Of a stretch of 35,155 nucleotides of DNA, positions 26,321 to 33,452 are shown in pieces. Both the position numbers and the translations under genes were made by a program. Under the pieces are notes generated by a model. The model did no database searches. It saw nothing but the letters and a program-made list of their open reading frames with translations, and was not told the DNA's origin. Each line of letters opens with the position of its first letter. Position 1 is the first letter of the stretch. This DNA comes from Candidatus Fimenecus sp. (lineage in GTDB: Bacteria > Bacillota > Clostridia > Oscillospirales > Acutalibacteraceae): positions 1 through 35,155 of the forward strand of contig JAZOWH010000105.1 of the NCBI GenBank assembly GCA_045659165.1. The letters run 5' to 3'.

Positions 26321-27745
26321 TTATTTTCCTATTTCAATAATCGCTTTTTCAAATTCATTATAGAATTCTGTTACAATTTCCTTGTCTTTTTCAGTACCAA
26401 AGAAACTGATTGAAATATGCAAATCGCCATTGAAACTACCTATTGTTGCAACTGCACAAGGCTTACGCTTTGCAGCACCTGATGCATACATATCCAAAGG
26501 CTCATTTCCTTCCATTGAGAGCAGCTGTGTCTTTACAACACCAAGGTTGCTGACTGACAATGACGGATTACTGTAGCACATTTTAATAATCGGTTCAGCC
26601 TGTGCATAAACCATTGATTTATATGCAAAATCCAACAATGGTACACCATAAAGCCCCATAAACTCGTCATTCTTATAATTAAGACCGGCTTTTTTTACTG
26701 CTTCAAGTGTCTGAAGAGGAGTTTCACCCACCTTATCAACTGTACAGTTAATAAATGAAACCTCGTTTGTATAACCAAGTTTTGCTGGATTTTTGATATA
26801 TCTTCTCAAATCCACAGCAGTTGTCACATTAACAGCACTATCCCCTCTCAATGAAGCAAGTTTTCTATAAGCAGACATATATGCAGTTATCAGCAAATCA
26901 TTTCCGCTACATCCTGCTTTTTTAGCAACATTCAATGCAGGTTTAAAGACTTCACCACTAATCTTTTTGCGTGTCAGAATGGGTTTATCATCTTTATTTT
27001 CAGGTGTATAAGGGAAAATATTTTTCACCTTTGATGCAGGGTTTGTAAAAAGAGCTTTTGCCTTTTTACGTTTCTCTTTCTCAAAATCACCATACACCTG
27101 GTCAAAATCTCTTGGTCCCTGACTGTAATCAATAGGACTTATACCTTTTTGAACAAGGTTTGTATAGTTACGGCATATATCAGCAACAAAAGTGAAGAAG
27201 CCTGTACCGTCAACGCACATATGATTCACAAGATAACATACAGTTGTTTTACCGGAATCATAAAAAAGATGAACCTTAAGCTGGATATTACTATCTGTTG
27301 GAATTTCCTGTGTAAAGAAAGCATCTCTTTTTGAAATAGTTGGTTCTTCCTCAGATGATGTTACAACCTCATCAATATGATATGGCATTGGCTTCCAATA
27401 TGGTGAAATCGGACTATAAACCACTTTAGAACGGAATATATGTGCCTTTTCCAACAATCCCATAACCGCAGTTTTATAATTTCTTTCATCAACTATATAG
27501 TCATAGACAAGCTCTAGTCTTTCCATTCTATCCATGTATTTACGACACATATAATTGATTTTATCAAGCAATTCGCAGGATATTTTTTTAGGACGTTTAC
27601 ATAATTTTCCGTTTTTAATTTCACTTTCAATAAGGTCAACACAGAATTTTTCGTTGTCTGCACCACTTTCAACAAGTTCTGAAAGTCTTGCATTTACTGC
27701 TGAATTATTTACTGAAAGTTGTTTTAAAACTTTATCACAATTCAT
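26321..27745 (-). CDS. HxxxD acyltransferase of the condensation / CAT-like superfamily (stand-alone C-domain-like or alcohol acyltransferase-like)
   Basis: VNHMCVDGTGF (His codon at 27221-27223) matches the (H)HxxxDG catalytic motif at about the expected distance from the N-terminus. Size of about 474 aa fits. AAGGGG RBS lies 9 nt before the ATG at 27745, and only 13 nt separate it from the GH3 stop. Confidence 0.55.
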   Translation of the reverse strand: MNCDKVLKQLSVNNSAVNARLSELVESGADNEKFCVDLIESEIKNGKLCKRPKKISCELLDKINYMCRKYMDRMERLELVYDYIVDERNYKTAVMGLLEKAHIFRSKVVYSPISPYWKPMPYHIDEVVTSSEEEPTISKRDAFFTQEIPTDSNIQLKVHLFYDSGKTTVCYLVNHMCVDGTGFFTFVADICRNYTNLVQKGISPIDYSQGPRDFDQVYGDFEKEKRKKAKALFTNPASKVKNIFPYTPENKDDKPILTRKKISGEVFKPALNVAKKAGCSGNDLLITAYMSAYRKLASLRGDSAVNVTTAVDLRRYIKNPAKLGYTNEVSFINCTVDKVGETPLQTLEAVKKAGLNYKNDEFMGLYGVPLLDFAYKSMVYAQAEPIIKMCYSNPSLSVSNLGVVKTQLLSMEGNEPLDMYASGAAKRKPCAVATIGSFNGDLHISISFFGTEKDKEIVTEFYNEFEKAIIEIGK

Positions 27746-27758
27746 TATGATTTGCCCC

Positions 27759-29453
27759 TTAGTCAATTACATGAGACAAGAAGAATTCTCTTCTTTCATC
27801 ACTATCAATAACCTTGATTGGCTTAACCTGATTAAGGTTTGCACCACGAGCTCTGAGTACCTCACGATAATCGTCATATGTGCCGTGACGAAGGAATTTA
27901 ACTTCACATTTTCCGAGAGCACCACTATCGATAAGTGGTTTAACAGAAACATTACCCTCGCAGAGTTTTTCTTCAAATACTTTTGTATATCTTTCCCATT
28001 CACTCTTTGACACAGGCTTTGCAGTTTCAACAAGAAGTGCATAGTGTCCTGGTGAAGTTGTACGGTCAGGATAAATGCTATAACCGATAAATGTTTCATT
28101 AAGTTCTTCACACATATTTGCTACGATTTCGTCAAATGCCATTGAACTGATTTTTTCACCACTGATATTTGCAATCTGGTTAAGTCTGTAACAGAATGTA
28201 ATTTTTGGTGATTCGTGGTAGAAACCTGTTACACGAATTACGTCTTCAATTCTGTAACGATAGAAACCACTTGTATTTGTAAGAATGATTTCATATTCCT
28301 TGCCAACTTCAAGGTCCTTGATTGTAAGAAGGTTATCATAATCATCTGAATCAATAGGACGGAATTCGTAGAAACCATTCTGTGGAAGCATTACATATTC
28401 AAATGAATTGAGTTCAATTGGAACTGCCATCATTGCTTCTGTTGCAGCATATCCAAGATAGTGAATAGCCAAGTCATCACCAAGATATCTCTTGAGTTTC
28501 TTTTCATAGAAAGCAAGAGCACCTGTACCCATACCATACATCCATGAAACGTTTGGCCAGATTCTTGGCACGATTGGTGATACGTCAAAGCCTTTACGGA
28601 ATTCTGCACGAAGTTCTTCAGCTCGTTTTGGATTTGGTTTGAGTGACTTCTGAAGTTTTACTCGCATTTCATCAGGACATCTTATACTGCTGTTGATAAC
28701 ACCTTTTTCAATATCGTCACAAATCATTTCCCAATTTTCTTCTAAATAGAAGAACATAGATTCAAGTGTTGTGATGAAAATTGTACCAAGATAACTTACA
28801 TTTCTGTGCTGTAAAGCAAAGAGTAATTTAAGGTAATGTGAATCATAATCAAGGTTTCCATCAGCAAACTGTAATTCTTTAGGTGATGTTCCAATGAATG
28901 GAACAACAGGCTTAATATTAAGAAGTGGAATTGAAGAAAGACAACTTACTGTTTTTCCACTATCAAGTTTACGACAGTTTACTTCCGCAGTGAGCAAGCC
29001 CTTCTGTGGTGGCATTTTTTTGCCCTGTGATTTGAAATACTTATAAGCACAACCAACAGGTGCACTGAAACTGAAACACTGACAAACCCATTCAGCCCAT
29101 GCTGAAAGTGGTACAAGTTTTGACTTACCTGTACTACCTGATGACTCTGTAAATCTACGTACAAAAGCTGCTGTGTTAAGGTTCTTTTCACCATTTGCCA
29201 TTCTTTGTACATACTCGTCATAATCATAGTAGTTTGTAAGTGGAACAAGTTTTTTGTAATCTTCGTAACTATGTACATCAGCAAAATTGTTCTTTTTGCC
29301 GTAAACTGTATTCTTGTTCTTTTTCATCAATGATTTCAACACAGTTTCCTGAACTTTGTTTGCATTCTTGGCATAGATTTCCAATTTAGCAAGTTCCATT
29401 CGTCCAAGCATAATACCAAAATTGGTGTTCATTCTAGCTAATATAGGATTCAT
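27759..29453 (-). CDS. GH3-family adenylate-forming acyl-acid amido synthetase-like protein
   Basis: Three GH3 core motifs seen: FTESSGSTGKSKLVP (the P-loop-like SSGTTxGxxK motif), YLGYAATEAMMAV (the YASSE-like motif), and FYRYRIEDVIRVTGFYHESPKITFCYR (plant GH3 has YRYR.GDV..V.GF.N..P...F..R). Start set at the ATG at 29453, after GGGGTG. Confidence 0.75.
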   Translation of the reverse strand: MNPILARMNTNFGIMLGRMELAKLEIYAKNANKVQETVLKSLMKKNKNTVYGKKNNFADVHSYEDYKKLVPLTNYYDYDEYVQRMANGEKNLNTAAFVRRFTESSGSTGKSKLVPLSAWAEWVCQCFSFSAPVGCAYKYFKSQGKKMPPQKGLLTAEVNCRKLDSGKTVSCLSSIPLLNIKPVVPFIGTSPKELQFADGNLDYDSHYLKLLFALQHRNVSYLGTIFITTLESMFFYLEENWEMICDDIEKGVINSSIRCPDEMRVKLQKSLKPNPKRAEELRAEFRKGFDVSPIVPRIWPNVSWMYGMGTGALAFYEKKLKRYLGDDLAIHYLGYAATEAMMAVPIELNSFEYVMLPQNGFYEFRPIDSDDYDNLLTIKDLEVGKEYEIILTNTSGFYRYRIEDVIRVTGFYHESPKITFCYRLNQIANISGEKISSMAFDEIVANMCEELNETFIGYSIYPDRTTSPGHYALLVETAKPVSKSEWERYTKVFEEKLCEGNVSVKPLIDSGALGKCEVKFLRHGTYDDYREVLRARGANLNQVKPIKVIDSDERREFFLSHVID

Positions 29454-29484
29454 ATTAATCACCCCGAAAAATTATATCTTAATT

Positions 29485-30456
29485 TTAAAAACCGCCACCA
29501 GTTGTTACAACATAGTCAATATCACCTGATGCATCCTCAACGAGAACTTTTTCAATCTGAAGACCTCTTACAGTAACACTGACAACATAACTCCAAGTAC
29601 CTTTTTCAATAACACCCTTTTCATTAATCTTAACCTTCACCACAGGGTTCACATAATGAAGTTCAACAAACGCATCTTTAAAGTTGATTGTCCATGAAGG
29701 GAAATTATCAGCAACAACCGCAATGTTACCAACAACAGAAATTCCGTGACCTGTTGTACCCTTGAATGTATCACCATATGCGTCATCTTTCTGCTCAACC
29801 ATTGTCATTTCGACAATTGTATATTTACCCTCTTTATATGCCTTTGCTGTCTTTACATCAGATGGAACAAGGTCATTATAGCCACCTGTGATACCATCAA
29901 ACTCAATTGAATTTGCTTTAAGTGCAGCTTTCATAATAGGCATTGCGAGTTCAATAAGGAATTCCAAAGCACTATTACTGAGTTTAACCTTTATTCCCTC
30001 ATCCATTGTCATTTTCTGAATTGACTTAACACCTGTTGAGTTGTTAGCTGCTTTTTTGTAGTAATTTACGATTTCAGCCTTTGTCCATTCAGCAGGATTC
30101 TTTGGAAGTTCACGTTCAGGTTCTTTTGTATCTTCCTGATTTTCGCTATCCTGCACCGCATCATCTGTTTCAACACCAGTCTCTGTGTTCTCATCAACCA
30201 TTTCGTCTGATACGCCATCATTTGACACAAACCCATCATCGTCTGTACCAGGTGCATCATCTGCAATAATAAAATCTGAACCAGTCTGCTCAAGTTGTTT
30301 CTGAGCTGTTGATTTACCTATAACAAGGACTCCCATTGCAATAGCAACAGCAAGGACAACAGCAAGAAAACTTGTAAAACCTGAAGCTGCCTTTTCCTTC
30401 TTCATTTTATTAATTTCCACCTGTTCCGGAGTTAAAGGTGTTTTTGATTTTGCCAT
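29485..30456 (-). CDS. Surface-anchored protein P2 with the same unassigned C-terminal domain (paralog 2 of 3)
   Basis: AAAGGGGAA RBS. Basic cytoplasmic tail, one TM (FTSFLAVVLAVAIAMGVLVIG), an acidic D/E-rich linker, then the shared domain ending TTGGGF. Roughly half the domain residues are identical to P3 in my by-eye alignment. Confidence 0.75.
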   Translation of the reverse strand: MAKSKTPLTPEQVEINKMKKEKAASGFTSFLAVVLAVAIAMGVLVIGKSTAQKQLEQTGSDFIIADDAPGTDDDGFVSNDGVSDEMVDENTETGVETDDAVQDSENQEDTKEPERELPKNPAEWTKAEIVNYYKKAANNSTGVKSIQKMTMDEGIKVKLSNSALEFLIELAMPIMKAALKANSIEFDGITGGYNDLVPSDVKTAKAYKEGKYTIVEMTMVEQKDDAYGDTFKGTTGHGISVVGNIAVVADNFPSWTINFKDAFVELHYVNPVVKVKINEKGVIEKGTWSYVVSVTVRGLQIEKVLVEDASGDIDYVVTTGGGF

Positions 30457-30495
30457 AACAAAATTCCCCTTTTAAATACAACTTTATATTTAATC

Positions 30496-30524
30496 ATTTT
30501 ACCCCTTTTGTGTTCATTTGTCAA
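30496..30524 (-). promoter_or_regulatory. Sigma-A type promoter of the P2-GH3-acyltransferase(-P1) unit
   Basis: On the minus strand: TTGACA (30524-30519), 17 nt, TAAAAT (30501-30496). The -35 flank atttgtcaacgaaaa is 14/15 identical to the one in front of P3. Confidence 0.5.
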
Positions 30525-30547
30525 CGAAAAACATTGTTGTATACCCT

Positions 30548-30587
30548 TCATTTTGCACTTTGCGCTTTGCACTCTGCCTTTTGCATT
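30548..30587 (-). repeat. Terminator-adjacent TGCAAA motif, copy B (expanded)
   Basis: The minus strand reads aatgcaaaaGGcagagtgcaaaGCGCAAAGTGCAAAatga directly after the T7 tract of the P3 terminator. It contains four (T)GCAAA units. Confidence 0.6.
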
Positions 30588-30610
30588 AAAAAAACTCCCT
30601 TTCGGGAGTT
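30586..30610 (-). terminator. Intrinsic terminator after P3
   Basis: On the minus strand, aactccc-gaaa-gggagtt is followed by T7. The hairpin starts 4 nt after the stop codon. Confidence 0.75.
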
Positions 30611-30614
30611 TTTC

Positions 30615-31532
30615 TTAGAATCCGCCACCTACGACGATTACATATTTCATTATTGCATCTGCTTTATTAACCATAATTCCGCTGATTTCAAGATGTCTGA
30701 TTTTGATGTCAGCATTATAACTCCATACGCCTTTTTCAATGATACCCTTATCATTGATTTTAACCTTAACTGTTGGGTCGGCATAACGGATTTTAATATC
30801 TGCTTCCTTGTATTTAATATCAAACTGTGGGAACTGGTCAACTGCTGTTGCGATATTGCCAAGAACATTGATTGCGTGACCAACTGAACCTGACTGAGCA
30901 TCACCATACATACCGTCTACTTGTTCAACCATATACAACTCAACGACTGTATAGTTACCCTGCTTATATGCCTTTGCAGACTTTACATCAGATGCCTGAA
31001 GCTTTGTAAAGCCACCTGTAAGTCCGTTATAAGTCATAGCGTTATTCTTAATAACTGTGCTGATAGCAGGCTTAATCATATTAAGGAAGAAGTTAAGAGC
31101 TCCATCACCATCGTTGACAACGAGTTTTGCAAGTTCCATTGTCTGTGATGATTTTACAGTAGGATGAGTTTTGATTGCAGACTGTTTATAATACTCAACA
31201 ATCTGCTCCTTTGACCACTTTGCAGGGTCATCAGGAAGTTCTTCTTTTACTGTTGTTGATTCGACTTCCTTATCTTCTGTATCTTCTTTGTCATTTTTAT
31301 CATCAACCTTGTCAGTTGAAGGTTCTTCTTCACCTTCTTCAGTTGAAGGTTCTTCTGTCACAGATTCATCAGTTGAAGGTTCAACCTGAACATCGTCTGA
31401 ATTTACAGCTTTATCCTCTGTTGTGCTTTCTGTATTCACATCAGTTGTAGGGGTCTCATCATTGTTACCACCACAAGCCACAAAAACAAACATCATTGAC
31501 AATACTAAAAGAATAGCAATTATTTTTTTCAC
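30615..31532 (-). CDS. Lipoprotein P3 with the same unassigned C-terminal domain (paralog 3 of 3)
   Basis: AGGGAGG RBS lies 8 nt before the GTG at 31532. Signal peptide VKKIIAILLVLSMMFVFVAC with a lipobox-like FVAC (Cys codon at 31473-31475). Acidic linker with EPST repeats, then the shared domain ending VVGGGF. Confidence 0.75.
   Translation of the reverse strand: MKKIIAILLVLSMMFVFVACGGNNDETPTTDVNTESTTEDKAVNSDDVQVEPSTDESVTEEPSTEEGEEEPSTDKVDDKNDKEDTEDKEVESTTVKEELPDDPAKWSKEQIVEYYKQSAIKTHPTVKSSQTMELAKLVVNDGDGALNFFLNMIKPAISTVIKNNAMTYNGLTGGFTKLQASDVKSAKAYKQGNYTVVELYMVEQVDGMYGDAQSGSVGHAINVLGNIATAVDQFPQFDIKYKEADIKIRYADPTVKVKINDKGIIEKGVWSYNADIKIRHLEISGIMVNKADAIMKYVIVVGGGF
31312..31382 (-). repeat. 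In-frame coding repeat in the P3 linker
   Basis: The 14-nt unit tcagttgaaggttc occurs three times (31312, 31339, 31369) at 27- and 30-nt spacing, encoding EPST(D/E). Confidence 0.8.
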
Positions 31533-31564
31533 AATATCAGCCTCCCTAAATATTGTATACAATC

Positions 31565-31593
31565 ATACTACAATAATTCATAATATTTGTCAA
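31565..31593 (-). promoter_or_regulatory. Sigma-A type promoter in front of P3
   Basis: On the minus strand: TTGACA (31593-31588), 17 nt, TAGTAT (31570-31565). It begins 6 nt after the upstream stop codon. Confidence 0.45.
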
Positions 31594-31599
31594 CGAGAA

Positions 31600-33192
31600 T
31601 TACTGAACAGATTCTATCATTTCCACAAATGATTTCACAAAAACTGAACCCGCAGTTCTGCTAACGATATTTACTTCCTCATTTTCACCGATTAATGAGT
31701 GGTATTCATTGTCACGAAGAACATATCCTGCCTGGTCATTACAAAGACCATAAACCATTACATTTGGAACATCTATAGCATCTGTCAATGGCGCATAATC
31801 CCATGATTCACCTGTCCATGCTGCATCTCCTGATTCAGGTCCACCAAAGATAAGCATAGGGTCAAACTCACCTGGACACATAAAGACACCGACTTTGTTG
31901 CCGAGTTCCATATATCCGATTTCAGTAACCATTATCTTCTTCAAGCCATCTTTCACAATTACTGGTGTAAGAATATCCTGACGAGCAGCAAGAGTGAGTA
32001 TTCCGTTATCAACATTCAAATAAACTTCTTTGTGTGCCACATTGAGTACAGGCTCAAGCTTAATATCATTGTTGATTTTAATTATCTTATCTGCAAGTGC
32101 ATAACCGTAGCTTGTGATATTTTCAATATCAGTTGCACCATCTTTGTTTGTCAATTCTTTTTCTTGTCGGATTGCAAGTTCAGCACCGATTACATAAACT
32201 ACATTTGCACCAGCTTTTTCATTAATTGCCTTTTCAATATAGTAAGGATAGTCGGCAGTAAGTTCATCAGGTCCTGCACCCATACCTGTACAATGCATTG
32301 AGCCCTGAAGAATCCATGTTTCTTTTGAACCATCTGCAGGTACGAAACGAAGTCTGTGCATATTTGAGTCAAATGACCAAGGGTCACGTGCATCACGCAT
32401 ATATTCACTTACATCTGTGTAGCCATAATAAAGGTTACCTTTTTTCATATCCTTGATTGCACTTTCAACACAATCAACTGTTTTTTGGAAAAGGTTATCC
32501 ATAAACTTTTGATTCTTTACAACCTTATACTTATTAAAGATACCACCTAATGCAGCGTTTGATGTATTGATAATAAGACCTGATAAAAGTGGAATATTCA
32601 TACCAAGAGTATCAATACATGAATGCTGATGTAAAACAGAAACATTTAAACTGATTATATTATTGTTAGCAACAGCCTGTTCAACCTTGTTACGGATTGT
32701 CTGGACATCCCCTCGTGAAAGTCCAAAACCATCAATAACTGCATGAACCACAATACCGCTTACACCATCACTTACAGCGTAAACTCTTACTCGTTGGTCA
32801 TCATTGATTTTTTTAGGCACTCTACCTTCAAACACCTCAAGTGACCCTGCAAGGAAATATTCCCCATTCATAATGTCAAGGCCCTCAAGGAGTGATGCTC
32901 CTGCATAACCCATATACCATGCTGAATCCTTCTGTGTGTTTTTGTCAAACTTCTTTTCGCCTTCATAAAAATTATTAGCTTCGTAATCTTTAAGTTTTTC
33001 CCAATCCCCGTCATACCCAGGCCAGAATACATTAAGCACAGTAAGAATTCTGTGGATAAGCACATCAAGGCAAAGATTAAGAGAGTTTTCAATATTGATA
33101 GTTTCTGTCTTTACAAAAGCAGAAACAGGCACACTGAAAACTGAAAACATCATAACGAGAGAAAGGACTATTGCGAGAATCTTTTTTGTCAT
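31600..33192 (-). CDS. Secreted hydrolase, tentatively neutral/alkaline ceramidase-like (N-terminal domain family)
   Basis: Signal peptide MTKKILAIVLSLVMMFSVFSVPVSA after an AAGGGG RBS; the ATG at 33192 is used and the 34-codon upstream extension is rejected. The layout LAG....R....I.D...VR.YAV.DG....VVHAVIDGFG, then LHQHSCIDT (compare THTHSGP), then PGEF and N.QAGYV resembles bacterial ceramidase-domain proteins. Recognised by eye only. Confidence 0.4.
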   Translation of the reverse strand: MTKKILAIVLSLVMMFSVFSVPVSAFVKTETINIENSLNLCLDVLIHRILTVLNVFWPGYDGDWEKLKDYEANNFYEGEKKFDKNTQKDSAWYMGYAGASLLEGLDIMNGEYFLAGSLEVFEGRVPKKINDDQRVRVYAVSDGVSGIVVHAVIDGFGLSRGDVQTIRNKVEQAVANNNIISLNVSVLHQHSCIDTLGMNIPLLSGLIINTSNAALGGIFNKYKVVKNQKFMDNLFQKTVDCVESAIKDMKKGNLYYGYTDVSEYMRDARDPWSFDSNMHRLRFVPADGSKETWILQGSMHCTGMGAGPDELTADYPYYIEKAINEKAGANVVYVIGAELAIRQEKELTNKDGATDIENITSYGYALADKIIKINNDIKLEPVLNVAHKEVYLNVDNGILTLAARQDILTPVIVKDGLKKIMVTEIGYMELGNKVGVFMCPGEFDPMLIFGGPESGDAAWTGESWDYAPLTDAIDVPNVMVYGLCNDQAGYVLRDNEYHSLIGENEEVNIVSRTAGSVFVKSFVEMIESVQ

Positions 33193-33222
33193 AAAAACTA
33201 CCCCTTTTAATTTATGTTTTCT

Positions 33223-33251
33223 ATTATACATCCTTTTATAAAATTCTTCAA
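33223..33251 (-). promoter_or_regulatory. Sigma-A type promoter of the ceramidase-like gene
   Basis: On the minus strand: TTGAAG (33251-33246), 17 nt, TATAAT (33228-33223). Confidence 0.45.
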
Positions 33252-33281
33252 TAAGAAAGTGACAAATTTCCTTAAATGTAA

Positions 33282-33314
33282 AACTTTTACACAATTTTTC
33301 AATGTGTAAAAGTT
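33282..33314. promoter_or_regulatory. Perfect 11-bp inverted repeat in the divergent control region
   Basis: aacttttacac (33282-33292), 11-nt spacer, gtgtaaaagtt (33304-33314). It lies upstream of the -35 elements of both divergent promoters. Confidence 0.4.
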
Positions 33315-33326
33315 AATTCGATTTCC

Positions 33327-33355
33327 TTGACAACTGTCAATGAATATAGTAAAAT
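33327..33355 (+). promoter_or_regulatory. Sigma-A type promoter of the ANL ligase operon
   Basis: TTGACA (33327-33332), 17 nt, TAAAAT (33350-33355). Confidence 0.5.
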
Positions 33356-33374
33356 TTGCATTGACATGTGTCAA
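33327..33374. promoter_or_regulatory. Twin 14-bp palindromes TTGACAnnTGTCAA (candidate operator pair)
   Basis: ttgacaACtgtcaa at 33327-33340 overlaps the -35. ttgacaTGtgtcaa at 33361-33374 lies just downstream of the -10. Centres are 34 bp apart. Confidence 0.5.
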
Positions 33375-33452
33375 AAGAATTTTTTTTCGACACTATCTGA
33401 GATAAATGTTAATTATTTTTAATAAAAATCAAAGAAAGGTTTAATTGAGGAT

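Noticed and set aside
27555-28111. 151-aa plus-strand and 114-aa minus-strand ORFs at the GH3/acyltransferase junction.
   Set aside because: They overlap the strongly supported GH3 and HxxxD genes in other frames and carry no motifs.
30510-30887. 125-aa plus-strand ORF spanning the P2-P3 intergenic region.
   Set aside because: It runs antisense through the P3 terminator and the conserved P3 C-terminal domain, and has no RBS.
33193-33294. 34-codon N-terminal extension of the ceramidase-like ORF.
   Set aside because: It would bury the signal peptide internally and would include the predicted promoter. The ATG at 33192 has a good AAGGGG RBS and gives a canonical Sec signal peptide.
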